Position numbers and translations under genes: made by a program
The notes under the pieces: generated by a model
What the model saw: the letters and a program-made list of their open reading frames with translations, nothing else
What the model was told of the DNA's origin: nothing
Databases searched by the model: none
Assembly: GCA_965263295.1 (NCBI GenBank)
Contig: OZ253665.1
Coordinates: 1,120,001 to 1,184,000 of the forward strand
Reading direction: 5' to 3'
DNA: 64,000 nt
Source: Spirochaetia bacterium
GTDB taxonomy: Bacteria; Spirochaetota; Spirochaetia; SP-2023
Part shown: in pieces, positions 20,050-30,409 of the stretch
Numbering within the stretch: position 1 is the stretch's first letter
Layout of the letters: each line of letters opens with the position of its first letter

Positions 20050-20955
20050 TCACTGATTTAGTTGTAACACAATATTTGCGATAATTTTGTCCACTTCATT
20101 CGGAGCGACTTGGCAAGTGCCGACATTTTTGTGCCCACCGCCCCCATATTCACGCAGCAAAGCCCCAATATCAACTTTATTTGAGCGGTCCAGTACGCTC
20201 TTACCAATACTAAGGAAAACATTCTCCCTGTTCTTGCCCCAACCGATCTGCACGCTGACACTGCATTCGGGATACAAACCGTAAATCAAGAATCGATTGC
20301 CAACCATCACCTGACTGATATTTCGAGTTTCAAATATTATAACTTTGCCCTCTTTGCGGCTGTTTTCCTGAATGATACTGATACAATCCGCAACATGCTC
20401 ATAATAAAAAGCCAGACGGGCATAGACATCCGGATCCTCAAAGATGCCATCCAGGCTCTTTTCACGAATCAAGCCCACCATTTTTTGCATCAGGGCATAG
20501 TTGCTAATTTCAAAATGACGATAACGCCCCAAGCCGGTGCGAGGGTCCATGATGAAGCCCAATATGATCCAGCCGCTGGGATTTAGAATCTCTTCTTTGC
20601 TCAGATTGGCTGAGTCGACTTTGTCGACATCGCGCATCAAATCGTCGAATTTACGGCCAAATCTGGCTTCCCCCCCGTAATAATCCCAGACCACACGAGC
20701 AGCACTGGGAGCGGGGTAGGCCGCACCTTCAAATTTCTCTGGTGCATAGGCGATATTTGAAGCATGGTGATCAAACCACAAGCCACAACCCTCGACGTAA
20801 GGAACATTAGCTAGCACATCATCCGCACCGACAGGAATCTTACCATCCTGGAGATCTTTAGGGTGACAATACAAATGGGAAGCGACAATTCCGGCTTCCT
20901 CTAGTAAAACACCACATACAAGCCCATCAAAATCAGAACGGGTAACTAGTCTCAT
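20050..20955 (-). CDS. DHH/DHHA1 phosphoesterase (exopolyphosphatase-like/nanoRNase-like family)
   Basis: MRLVTRSDFDGL, HPKD.QDG, FDHH, DPRTGLGR, GGGGH; AAGGAG RBS before ATG 20955. Confidence 0.88.
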   Translation of the reverse strand: MRLVTRSDFDGLVCGVLLEEAGIVASHLYCHPKDLQDGKIPVGADDVLANVPYVEGCGLWFDHHASNIAYAPEKFEGAAYPAPSAARVVWDYYGGEARFGRKFDDLMRDVDKVDSANLSKEEILNPSGWIILGFIMDPRTGLGRYRHFEISNYALMQKMVGLIREKSLDGIFEDPDVYARLAFYYEHVADCISIIQENSRKEGKVIIFETRNISQVMVGNRFLIYGLYPECSVSVQIGWGKNRENVFLSIGKSVLDRSNKVDIGALLREYGGGGHKNVGTCQVAPNEVDKIIANIVLQLNQ

Positions 20956-21068
20956 CTGCTCAGCTCCTTTGCAAGACAAATGCACAATCTATTTTTTGTA
21001 CGGCAAAAGCACAAAATTAAAATTTCACATCCGACCTTTAACTTAATATCTATATTTTTTAGCATCTC

Positions 21069-21097
21069 ATTATGCACGTTACGAAGTATAAAAGCAA
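21069..21097 (-). promoter_or_regulatory. Sigma70-like promoter for the DHH-nqrF unit
   Basis: TTGCTT-17 nt-CATAAT on the minus strand. Confidence 0.5.
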
Positions 21098-21157
21098 GAG
21101 GAATTTGTTCTGCCGCAACTATCCAGACCAATTAATTATCAACATTTCCTGAAACGG

Positions 21158-23041
21158 CTATTTCCAGGCAGAACCTAAGTAATATTCGTAGACTTTATGT
21201 TGAGTCAATGTCGTCACCCAGTCTCGGTAGAAGCGCCCATAATCCTGTTCAAGCTGACTCTTGACAACTCGAAAGTCTTGTTGTCCTACTTTATTTGGAG
21301 ATAAGAATTCATATGAAAGTAAAGGCAAACTCTCTCGGTACATGGCCTCAAACTGGCGCGGAAATACGACATTGGCCTGCATAATTGAGTCGCTAAGATA
21401 ACGCAACTGAATTCTCCCACTGAGACGAGATTGCGCATACAACTGTTGTAGTCTCGGCCCCGTCGATCCCATTGGCGCCATTGGCAATTCGCCGGCTGCC
21501 GGTGGCGAATACGCCTGCGCCAGCCACCAGCCCCACTCGCCAAAGCTGGGCACCAGGTCGTGATATGGCAGGGCCTCCAACCCTGCGGCCATCATTGTCC
21601 GGCCAATGGCCCAAAAGGCTTTGTAAGCATAAACTGGCGATGTGGATTGCTGGACAAAGACTCCCCCCGCCGAGAGTTTGCGCAACACACTGTGGTAAAA
21701 AGACAGCGAATACAGCTTGCTTAGGGCCTCGCTGTTGGGGTCGGGAAAGTCAGCGATTATAATATCGAACAGTCCGTAAGCCTCGTTGATATAACGAGCG
21801 GCATCCATATCTTTTATCAGCACGCCAGTCTCAAGCAGCGTCTCTCCGAGCGGCTTGCCCGCATTGGAAATATTTTGAGGGAAGCTAGCTCCAGAGCCGG
21901 CCAGATAAGGGACAGAATCCCGCTGCCAAACTTCAGTGCCCACAGCAGCTCGGTCGGCGGCCAAGCCCTGCACGCCCCTAGCATTCAGCGCATCGCGGTT
22001 TAAGCGCCGCATAATGGGATTCTGCGCGGCAAGGGCCAACATTTCTGGGTCGAGATCACAAAGTATGGCCTCAGCAACGGCGGCATATTTACGTACTTCA
22101 CGCAACGCCAGGCCATCGCCGCCACCCAGTATCAGGACACGCCGCGGATCGCGCCCGTTGTGCCGGCGGAATACCGCAAACGCCGGATGCACCAGGTTCT
22201 CATGATAAATGTATTCGTCCAAACTACTGAACTGCAAGTGCCCATTAATGTAGAGGCGATATTCGCGCTCACGGCGCCCAAGATTCTCGCGCTCACGCGC
22301 ACTCTGCGTCAACACCAAATGCTGGTACGCGGTCGTCTTACTCAAAATAATTTGATCGCGGTAAAGCCCCTGCTCACTGCGCAGCGACCACTGAGGGCCT
22401 TGTATAAAAGCCCATGACATCGACAGCGTGACGACAGCGCCAGACAGCAGCAATACTTTGCGCCAGCGCAGCTGGCGATAGAAGTGAAGCATAAATAGCC
22501 AGCAGGCCCCCAGGTTGGAAAAGCCCAGAACGGCGGCGGCGCGGCTTAGGGGCAAGTATGGAATCAGCCAGTAACTCCAGAGCACGGCACCGCCCAAGGC
22601 ACCGACGTAATCCAGTTGCAGGATGCGCCCTATATTTACCTTCAGCTCTGGGGTAAAATTGCCGTTAATACGGGCGATAACCGGAATTTCCAGACCGATC
22701 AAAAAGCCAATGGCAGCAATCAGCAGGTACTGCCACAGAACATAATAACTCTGCCAGTATGCATAGGCCCAAAGGAGCAGGAGGGGGGCTCCCCCCCCCA
22801 ACAGGGATAACAGCAGCTCCGACACAGCAAAATAGGTAAATAGCATTTTCTGGGCCAGTTTCTTCTGATAATTGGCTCCCAGCCCCATAAAGAACATCAT
22901 GACGCCGATGATCATGGCCCACTGGCGAGTGCTATTGCCCAACAAGTCAGAGGCAACTTTGCTGACGGTATATTCGTAAGCCAGGCCACAACTACCCGTT
23001 AGCAGCACGGCCAAATACAAAACCCAGGCATTGCGACGCAT
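21158..23041 (-). CDS. speE: Polyamine aminopropyltransferase (spermidine synthase) with N-terminal multi-TM domain
   Basis: CGLAYE, GLEIP, DYVGAL TM domain; LQFSSLDEYIYHENLVHP, VLILGGGDG, DFPDP, PSFGEWG. Confidence 0.88.
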   Translation of the reverse strand: MRRNAWVLYLAVLLTGSCGLAYEYTVSKVASDLLGNSTRQWAMIIGVMMFFMGLGANYQKKLAQKMLFTYFAVSELLLSLLGGGAPLLLLWAYAYWQSYYVLWQYLLIAAIGFLIGLEIPVIARINGNFTPELKVNIGRILQLDYVGALGGAVLWSYWLIPYLPLSRAAAVLGFSNLGACWLFMLHFYRQLRWRKVLLLSGAVVTLSMSWAFIQGPQWSLRSEQGLYRDQIILSKTTAYQHLVLTQSARERENLGRREREYRLYINGHLQFSSLDEYIYHENLVHPAFAVFRRHNGRDPRRVLILGGGDGLALREVRKYAAVAEAILCDLDPEMLALAAQNPIMRRLNRDALNARGVQGLAADRAAVGTEVWQRDSVPYLAGSGASFPQNISNAGKPLGETLLETGVLIKDMDAARYINEAYGLFDIIIADFPDPNSEALSKLYSLSFYHSVLRKLSAGGVFVQQSTSPVYAYKAFWAIGRTMMAAGLEALPYHDLVPSFGEWGWWLAQAYSPPAAGELPMAPMGSTGPRLQQLYAQSRLSGRIQLRYLSDSIMQANVVFPRQFEAMYRESLPLLSYEFLSPNKVGQQDFRVVKSQLEQDYGRFYRDWVTTLTQHKVYEYYLGSAWK

Positions 23042-23290
23042 AGCTAATCATGCTAAACAAAGCGAGCTGGCTGTCAAGAACTCCCAATTGTCACAGCTGT
23101 GACTACCATAAACTTCTCAAGGAATCAAAGGAGCTGAGCAAGCCCTGAGCGCGACTAAACAACCCAAACACGGGTAAGACCGAAAACCTTGAACCGGCTT
23201 TAAAAAGAAACTCATGTAAACACCTCTGTCATTTCCCTCTGCCGGTTCCTATGCCGGGTTGTTCAGCACGGCGCAAAGATCGGGAAAAGA

Positions 23291-23319
23291 TTGACTTTTC
23301 AATCCCGCGCAATTAAATT
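23291..23319 (+). promoter_or_regulatory. Sigma70-like promoter for secA
   Basis: TTGACT-17 nt-TAAATT; GAGGA RBS at 23361. Confidence 0.6.
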
Positions 23320-23369
23320 TGTCGAAGTATTTTACCGCGATTCAGACGCGAGCAGCACTTGAGGAATTT

Positions 23370-26246
23370 ATGATTAACAAAATTCTGGCCGCATTATTTG
23401 GCAGCAAACAGGAACGCGACCTGAAAAAACTGGCGCCCCTGCTATTGCAAATAAACGAGCGAGAACCCTGGGCCATGCGGCTAAACCACGAACAGATGCG
23501 CGAACAAAGTCAAGTCTTGCGTCAGCGACTCGCCGCCGCCAAACAGCGGGATGACTCTGCGAAAGCAGAGCCGGCTTTAGATCCCAGTACCAACAGAGCC
23601 GGTCCCAATCTGAGTGGCGAGCTGGATGCCATTTTACCCGAAGCCTTCGCAGTCGCCCGCGAGGCGGCGCGGCGCGTCCTCGGAGAACGGCCATACGACG
23701 TGCAGCTGCTCGGCGGCCTGGTCTTGCATCAGGGCAAGATTATGGAAATGAAGACTGGCGAGGGCAAAACGCTATCGCTGGTCGCACCCGCCTACCTCAA
23801 TGCCCTCGCGGGACAGGGCGTGCACATTGTAACTGTCAACGACTACCTGGCTGAACGTGACGCCCAATGGATGGGCCCCATCTTTGGCTACCTTGGCTTG
23901 AGCGTTGGAGCCGTACTCTCACACATGGATATTGAGCAACGCAAGGCGGCGTATAGATGTGACTTGACCTACGGCACCAACAACGAGTTTGGCTTTGACT
24001 TCCTGCGCGACAACATGATAGGCCGCCTCACAGACAAAGTACAACGTCCCTTCGCCTATTGTATCATCGACGAAATCGATTCCGTGCTGATTGATGAAGC
24101 CAGGACACCGTTAATTATTTCCGGTTCAGTGGAAGACGATACCCAGAAAATTGTCATGGCCGACCGCTTACAAGGTTACCTCAAGGAGGTAAAAAAAGAT
24201 TCTGCCACAGGCGAGTATCCACGCGACAATCCCTTTGAAAAAGTAGTACTCGAAGGCGACTACAAACTGGATGAGAAAAACAAGCGCATAACTTTCACCG
24301 AAGATGGCATTACTCACATTGAAGAGCTATTAAAGCGGAATAAAGCGATGCAGGGCTCAATTTACGACGAGGACAACTTTGAATATGTGCACTACTTTAA
24401 CCAGGCCATGCGCGCACATAAATTGTTCCTGCACGACGTTGACTATGTCGTCCAGGATGCTAGGGTACAAATTGTCGATGAATTCACCGGCCGTATTCTC
24501 GACGGGCGGCGCTACTCCGACGGTCTGCATCAGGCGATTGAAGCCAAAGAAAATATTAAAATCGCCCAGCGCAATCGCACCCTGGCAACAATTACCTATC
24601 AAAAATATTTTGCCATGTATGGCAAACTCAGCGGCATGACCGGCACGGCTGTCACTGAAGCCCGCGAATTCGACAAGATCTACGGCCTCGACGTCGTGGT
24701 GCTGCCGATGCATCGCCCGCTGGCCCGTGTCGATGCCAACGATTTGATCTACCTGAACGCCGAGGCCAAGCACAAGGCCATTGCCGCAGAAGTTAAGGCC
24801 GTGAATCAGAGCCGCCAGCCGGTCCTGATCGGCACAGTCTCCGTAGAAAGCTCAGAGCACCTGTCCAAGGTCTTGACCCAAAACCAAGTGCGGCATGAAG
24901 TCTTAAACGCTAAAAATCATCACCGCGAAGCCTTGATCATTTCCGAGGCGGGGGCACTCGGCGCGGTGACTATTGCGACCAACATGGCGGGGCGCGGTAC
25001 CGATATCAAGCTCGGCGGCAGCCCCGACATGCGCGCGCGCCGCCGCATGCGCACAGACGCCGACGAAGCTGAATATTTCCGCCTCTTGGCCGAAGAAAAT
25101 GCGAAGTGGCAAACAGAGCACCAGAAAGTTAAAGAACTGGGCGGGCTTTACGTCTTGGGGACCGAACGCCACGAAAGTCGCCGCATTGACAACCAGTTGC
25201 GCGGTCGTTCTGGGCGCCAGGGCGACCCCGGTTTCTCGCGCTTCTACGTCTCGCTCGACGACGATCTGATGCGCCTTTTTGGCGGAGACCGCCTCAAAGC
25301 CATGATGAGCCGTTTCGGCATGAGCGGAGACGAGCCGCTAGAGCACGGCATGGTGACTCGCGCTATCGAACGCTCGCAGACCCGCGTAGAAAACCGCAAC
25401 TACGAAATCCGCAAACATCTGATCGAGTACGATGATGTCATGCAGAAGCAGCGCGGCTATGTCTACCGCATGCGCAATGAGCTACTCAAAGACAAGCAGA
25501 TTATTGTGCGCGTGCGTGAAACCGCGCAGCAAATGTGCAACGTTTTACTGGACGACTTTGTCAACGATTGCAATCACCACGACTGGGACTTTGGTCTGGA
25601 GCGATTAAGCGAGCGCCTGCGCAGCAATTTTGGTTTACTACTCGCCGACCACCAGCAGACAGAAGTGGCTCGTATATTCCAGCAAAAAATTGCCGAGGAG
25701 GCTCGCAGTGTCATTGCGACCCTAGTGCAGGATTACTGCGAACAAGACTACCAGGATAAGTGCGCGATTGCCGGCACAGAACTCGTCAATGAGATTTTAC
25801 GCTTTGAATATCTGCGGGCCATCGACCTGCGCTGGCAGGAGCACCTGGAGCAAATGGAAGCTCTGCGCGAAGCCGTGAACTTGCGCGCCATGGCCCAGAA
25901 AAACCCCCTTGTCGAGTATAAAAATGAGGGCTTCACCCTGTTTGAGGAATTGGTGGAGAATCTGCAGATTGGCGTAGCACGCAAATTTTACAACATTCGT
26001 ATCGCCGTCGATGGGGACTCTGCGCCCCCGCGCCCAAACGCGACACTGCACGCCGACGCGGGCAAGCACCAGAAGCTTGAATCTTTTGACGCTATGCGCA
26101 GGCGGAAGCCTGTTCCTTCCTCTGGAGCGATGCCAGGTGCAGACAAGATACAGATTCGCCGCCAGGAACCTAAAATCGGGCGCAACGATCCCTGCTACTG
26201 TGGCAGCGGCAAGAAGTATAAACATTGCCATGGCGCTCGTAAATAA
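23370..26246 (+). CDS. secA: Preprotein translocase subunit SecA
   Basis: MKTGEGKT, DEARTPLIIS, ATNMAGRGTDI, RRIDNQLRGRSGRQGDPG, SEC-C tail GRNDPCYCGSGKKYKHCHG. Confidence 0.98.
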   Translation: MINKILAALFGSKQERDLKKLAPLLLQINEREPWAMRLNHEQMREQSQVLRQRLAAAKQRDDSAKAEPALDPSTNRAGPNLSGELDAILPEAFAVAREAARRVLGERPYDVQLLGGLVLHQGKIMEMKTGEGKTLSLVAPAYLNALAGQGVHIVTVNDYLAERDAQWMGPIFGYLGLSVGAVLSHMDIEQRKAAYRCDLTYGTNNEFGFDFLRDNMIGRLTDKVQRPFAYCIIDEIDSVLIDEARTPLIISGSVEDDTQKIVMADRLQGYLKEVKKDSATGEYPRDNPFEKVVLEGDYKLDEKNKRITFTEDGITHIEELLKRNKAMQGSIYDEDNFEYVHYFNQAMRAHKLFLHDVDYVVQDARVQIVDEFTGRILDGRRYSDGLHQAIEAKENIKIAQRNRTLATITYQKYFAMYGKLSGMTGTAVTEAREFDKIYGLDVVVLPMHRPLARVDANDLIYLNAEAKHKAIAAEVKAVNQSRQPVLIGTVSVESSEHLSKVLTQNQVRHEVLNAKNHHREALIISEAGALGAVTIATNMAGRGTDIKLGGSPDMRARRRMRTDADEAEYFRLLAEENAKWQTEHQKVKELGGLYVLGTERHESRRIDNQLRGRSGRQGDPGFSRFYVSLDDDLMRLFGGDRLKAMMSRFGMSGDEPLEHGMVTRAIERSQTRVENRNYEIRKHLIEYDDVMQKQRGYVYRMRNELLKDKQIIVRVRETAQQMCNVLLDDFVNDCNHHDWDFGLERLSERLRSNFGLLLADHQQTEVARIFQQKIAEEARSVIATLVQDYCEQDYQDKCAIAGTELVNEILRFEYLRAIDLRWQEHLEQMEALREAVNLRAMAQKNPLVEYKNEGFTLFEELVENLQIGVARKFYNIRIAVDGDSAPPRPNATLHADAGKHQKLESFDAMRRRKPVPSSGAMPGADKIQIRRQEPKIGRNDPCYCGSGKKYKHCHGARK

Positions 26247-26344
26247 AGCCCCAAAATCAATAAAACCAGCTGCAGGCTAGAAACCAGCTGGTCCCCGGAG
26301 GTACACGGGAGGGGCCACGGGGCCGAACTCAAAAGCCCAGGGCG

Positions 26345-27148
26345 CTATGTTATGCCGCGCTGCTTGCGAATCTGTTCCCAGGCTGTCTGGATTTCATGAA
26401 AGCGCCTTTCGGCGCTGGCCTTCATCTCCGGCGGCAGGCCCTGCTGCACCAACTTATCGGGATGAGTTTCCTTGACCAGTCGGCGGTAGGCGCTGCGCAA
26501 ATCTTCGTCACTGGCTTGCGGCGAAAGCCCCAGCACCTCATATGCGGTATCAACTTGTACCACTTGGCCCCCCCGCATCTGGAATTGACTATAAGCTTGG
26601 CGAATGACCGTCTCGCCAAAACCAAAAGCGGCGGCGATTTCACGCAGCACCCGTTCCTCATCGCGGCTGATGTGGCCGTCCACGGCGGCCATACTAACTA
26701 GAGTATAGAAGAGCTGTTGTAAAATGACAGCACTGCTCTGCCCCTGCAGCATTGATGCTCGACTGGAAATTTCCTTGAGTTGGCGGGCAAAATCCTGGTG
26801 ACTGTACGAACTATTTTTAGCCTCATTAAAAGAATGAATGGCAAATTGTCGCAACTCGCCACGCAGCTGCATTTCGTCCAGTATCTTTAAGAAATGCTGG
26901 CCTTCTTCCTCGCTGATACGACCGTCGGCCTTGGCCACCTTGGACAACAGAGAAAATATAGCGGTAAAAAGAGCCATTTGCAAGGAGTCGGTGCTATAGC
27001 CGCCCTGCCCCATCAGACCGGGGGCCCCACTCTCATGGGCCTTGTCCAGCATGTGACCAATGGCCAGGCCAATCATGGAACCAATGGGCCCACCAATAAA
27101 AAAACCTAGCCCCCCACCCAAAATGCGATTAAACCAGCTCATGTCCAT
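26345..27148 (-). CDS. djlA: DjlA-type co-chaperone (TM, TerB-like domains, J domain)
   Basis: GGPIG..IG...GH, AKADGRIS, AAVDG, AYEVLG, HPDK. Confidence 0.9.
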   Translation of the reverse strand: MDMSWFNRILGGGLGFFIGGPIGSMIGLAIGHMLDKAHESGAPGLMGQGGYSTDSLQMALFTAIFSLLSKVAKADGRISEEEGQHFLKILDEMQLRGELRQFAIHSFNEAKNSSYSHQDFARQLKEISSRASMLQGQSSAVILQQLFYTLVSMAAVDGHISRDEERVLREIAAAFGFGETVIRQAYSQFQMRGGQVVQVDTAYEVLGLSPQASDEDLRSAYRRLVKETHPDKLVQQGLPPEMKASAERRFHEIQTAWEQIRKQRGIT

Positions 27149-27158
27149 TTCCTCAAGA

Positions 27159-28586
27159 TTATGATTTCACCTGCTCTGCCAATTCAGCATATGCCAGGTG
27201 CAAAGTTTCCACAACGTGCGGGATATCTTTTTCCGCCACAGCGGAAAATGCAAAGCGCAAATACTTGTCTTGTAAAGCAATCAGCCCAATATCGTAACGC
27301 TGTAGTAAATATTTGCGAAGTTGGTCGGCGCCAAACGGCGCGGAAGGCATCTCAAACGTCATAAAGTAACCAGAATTAAACGGCAGGGGCTTCAGGATAC
27401 GGCACCATTCATTTTTAGCTCGTTCAGAAGCCAGGCACTGGCGCAACGCGCGATAGCGAGCCTGCAAGACAGCTTGCAGCTGTGTGCGCTCGCGATTTGT
27501 CACCGGATCCCGATAAGTTTCCAGCAGCAATTCTTGACTCAAGCGACTGCTGTTCGACGTACTCAGCCGCACGGCGGCGCCGGCTTTTTCCTCCAAGACT
27601 TTGCCACCCGCTCTCGTCGTGTGGCCAAAAGTAATAAAACCGACCCGCAGACCCCAGGCAAAATCCTCTTTCGTTGCACCATCGAGCTTAACCGCCAAAA
27701 CATTGGGGTGCAGGCCGGCGACGAAGGCAAATAGCGACTGTCGCTCGGTCTCCGCTTCATAGCATAATCCCCAGTAGGCGTCGTCACAAATGACAACAAT
27801 ATGGCGACCGGCCTCGGCCGCCTTGCGCAAGAGCTCCCGCAAACGGCCCACTTCGACTTTGCGCGGGCTGTAACCGGTAGGATTATGGGGAAAATTAAAC
27901 AGCAAGACCTTCTTTTCCCCTGGAGCTTGTAGCTCGGCCCGGATAGCCTCAAGATCCAGGCCACCAGCGCAGAACGTATTGTAATGTTTGAGCCGCGCCC
28001 CGCAGTTGCCCTCTGCAATCAGGCGATAGTTCGGCCAGAAAAGTTTGGGCAGCAACAGCGCTTCACCACGCCCCAGAAACATCTGCAAGGCTATCCACAA
28101 GCCATGAGTTATACCGCCCGTCACGACCGGCAACGACAACTGAACGCCGGTTCCCTGAATATTCTTTGATTCAGCCGATTCACCGCGACACCCCAAGGCC
28201 CCCAAGGCCCCCAAGGCCGGATTTTTTTCGCAGAGCTGTTCTTGCCACAGCTGGCGCAATGGAGCCAAGCCGTAGCTGGAAGCATACGGCACACAACGAG
28301 ACGCCGCCAAGTTCAGCATCCTGGCCAGACCGCGATAGTGCATGGGTTTGCCATCGTCATCCAGGGCAATACCGACGGTAGCGTTATAACGACTTTGCGC
28401 TGCTTCTTCGGCCTGCAATAGCAGGCCCTGCTTGGGGTAATACAAACTTTTGCCACAGGGCGAAAGCATCGCAAACACAGCGGGAGCCTCGGCCATCAAT
28501 TTTTTGTTTAGGGCCTCAGCCTGTGGGTCGGCGGCGGGCAATGCCAGATTGGGCCGAGAATCAAGGGCAAAGTATTGTTCGGGCAT
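27159..28586 (-). CDS. Class I/II PLP-dependent aminotransferase
   Basis: NFPHNPTGYSP, DDAY, DGATKEDFAWGLRVG; ATG 28586 preferred. Confidence 0.9.
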   Translation of the reverse strand: MPEQYFALDSRPNLALPAADPQAEALNKKLMAEAPAVFAMLSPCGKSLYYPKQGLLLQAEEAAQSRYNATVGIALDDDGKPMHYRGLARMLNLAASRCVPYASSYGLAPLRQLWQEQLCEKNPALGALGALGCRGESAESKNIQGTGVQLSLPVVTGGITHGLWIALQMFLGRGEALLLPKLFWPNYRLIAEGNCGARLKHYNTFCAGGLDLEAIRAELQAPGEKKVLLFNFPHNPTGYSPRKVEVGRLRELLRKAAEAGRHIVVICDDAYWGLCYEAETERQSLFAFVAGLHPNVLAVKLDGATKEDFAWGLRVGFITFGHTTRAGGKVLEEKAGAAVRLSTSNSSRLSQELLLETYRDPVTNRERTQLQAVLQARYRALRQCLASERAKNEWCRILKPLPFNSGYFMTFEMPSAPFGADQLRKYLLQRYDIGLIALQDKYLRFAFSAVAEKDIPHVVETLHLAYAELAEQVKS

Positions 28587-28839
28587 ATGTTTTTCCGTTC
28601 GGGCAAATCGTGCGGGCAAATCACGATTATAACGAACAGCCAGTGTTGCGAAAAGAAGCCCCAAATTTTGCGTCTCCCTGCATCTCTTCGCGCCTCCTCA
28701 AGGCTCCCGGCAAGAACGAGCCTGCCGGGCGCCGACAATTCCGCACTAATCGTAGTGAATGTAGTGAATTATTTAGCCAAAAGGATAAAACTTTAAAATA
28801 AATTGATACTTCCCCATTTCTTCGTATCATTAACAAATT

Positions 28840-30249
28840 ATGAACAAACAACAATTGGAAATATTTGAAGAAGTCCCGATGGTGCGACTTGTCTTCATTA
28901 TGTCCGTCGCCATGATTCTCTCCTCCACGGCACAAAACATTTATAACATAGTCGACCGCATTTTCATTGCCCACTATGTTGACCCGACAGCCATTGCAGC
29001 AATTCATGTCGGATACCCTATCCTGCTCTCAATCATCGCTTTCGCCGCGCTATTTGCCATTGGCGGCTCTATTCTCTACTCTCAGGCTTTGGGTGCCAAG
29101 GATTTTCGCCGTGCCGAACTTGTAAAGTTTACTTGCCTAAGTAGCTCTTTGCTCGGCTCCCTTATTTTGATTCCTTTTATATTAGCCTTCTTGCGTGAAA
29201 TTTTGACTTTCTTGGGAGCCAACCCCAAAACTTTGCCCTATGCGATGAAATACTACCATATCTTTGTGCTTTTCATGCCTCTTGTCGTCAGCAACGCTGT
29301 ACTCGGACTTTATCTGCGCTCCGAAGGCAAGCCCAAGTTACCCACGATAGCGATCATTGCGGCCTCACTGGTCAATATTGCCCTGGACTGGCTGTTTATG
29401 GGCGCGTTCGGCTGGGGCGTCAGCGGCGCCGTTTGGGCAACCATCATCAGCCAGTTGGCGAGTCTCGGCATCTTGGGCTACTCGCAAATCACCAACTCCC
29501 CTATGCCCCTCAGGTTGCGCAAGTTTCTGAGGTTTGACCTGGAGACTTTGCGCAGCATTATGTCCAATGGTAGTGCCTATTTCCTGACTATGTTGGTGAC
29601 CGCAGCCACCGTCTTTGCTTTCAATTATTTTATCTACCTGTACCACCGCAAGCTTTCCGAGCTAGCCGGAATACAGGTCGATATGCACCTAATCACCAGT
29701 GACCTCGCCATAGCTTCAATGATTGCTACCATTAGAATTTTAATGCTGGAGCTAGCCTTGGCTTTTGCCAACGGTATACAACCGATTGTGTCCTATAATA
29801 TGGGAGCCAAAAGACCAGAACGCATCCGCCATGCCTACAAAATGGCCTTGCTCTATGCCTCTTTGTTCATCGTGCTGCCCTGGCTGCTGATTGAAATATT
29901 TCCCGCTGGCTTAATACAGCTTTTCAATCTAAACACCAATTTTTTTCAGGCCTCTACGGCCCTGCGCATAACTTTTGCCGTCATGCTGGGTAACGTATAT
30001 ACCCTGATATCGACTACCATGATCCAAGCTCTGGGCATGTATCGCCTGGCCCGCCTGATGGCCTTGTTTAGATTAATCCCAATTGCGCTGCCTTTCCCCC
30101 TGATTTACTACTTGATCTTGCCAAATTTCTGGTTGATCTATGCCATTCAGGATGGCTTGCTATTCGCACTCACTGGCGTCGCAATGCTCAGTGCCTACCG
30201 CCGCAAGCTGGCGATACTGACACGGGAAGCCCAAGAGGTTATCCCATGA
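28840..30249 (+). CDS. MATE family efflux transporter
   Basis: YNIVDRIF, LRSEG.P, NIALD, GAVWAT, GIQPIVSYNMGA; many TM segments. Confidence 0.92.
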   Translation: MNKQQLEIFEEVPMVRLVFIMSVAMILSSTAQNIYNIVDRIFIAHYVDPTAIAAIHVGYPILLSIIAFAALFAIGGSILYSQALGAKDFRRAELVKFTCLSSSLLGSLILIPFILAFLREILTFLGANPKTLPYAMKYYHIFVLFMPLVVSNAVLGLYLRSEGKPKLPTIAIIAASLVNIALDWLFMGAFGWGVSGAVWATIISQLASLGILGYSQITNSPMPLRLRKFLRFDLETLRSIMSNGSAYFLTMLVTAATVFAFNYFIYLYHRKLSELAGIQVDMHLITSDLAIASMIATIRILMLELALAFANGIQPIVSYNMGAKRPERIRHAYKMALLYASLFIVLPWLLIEIFPAGLIQLFNLNTNFFQASTALRITFAVMLGNVYTLISTTMIQALGMYRLARLMALFRLIPIALPFPLIYYLILPNFWLIYAIQDGLLFALTGVAMLSAYRRKLAILTREAQEVIP

Positions 30250-30409
30250 ATCATGGCAATAATACGGCCAAAATCTGGCAACAAATACTTGCCGTTTGGC
30301 ATTTTCTTGCGATAGAATATCTAAAGGTAGAAGTTTCCGCGACTCTGCAGGCTGCTCAATCCCTTTATTTGCGACTGCAGACCGCATTATTGTAGACAGG
30401 CGACAAAAC

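Noticed and set aside
26247..26344. Intrinsic terminator between secA and djlA
   Set aside because: GC-rich, but I could not define a clean stem with a U-tract.
26345..27148. TerB-like domains as a tellurite or anti-phage system
   Set aside because: The architecture is standard DjlA and no other ter genes are present.
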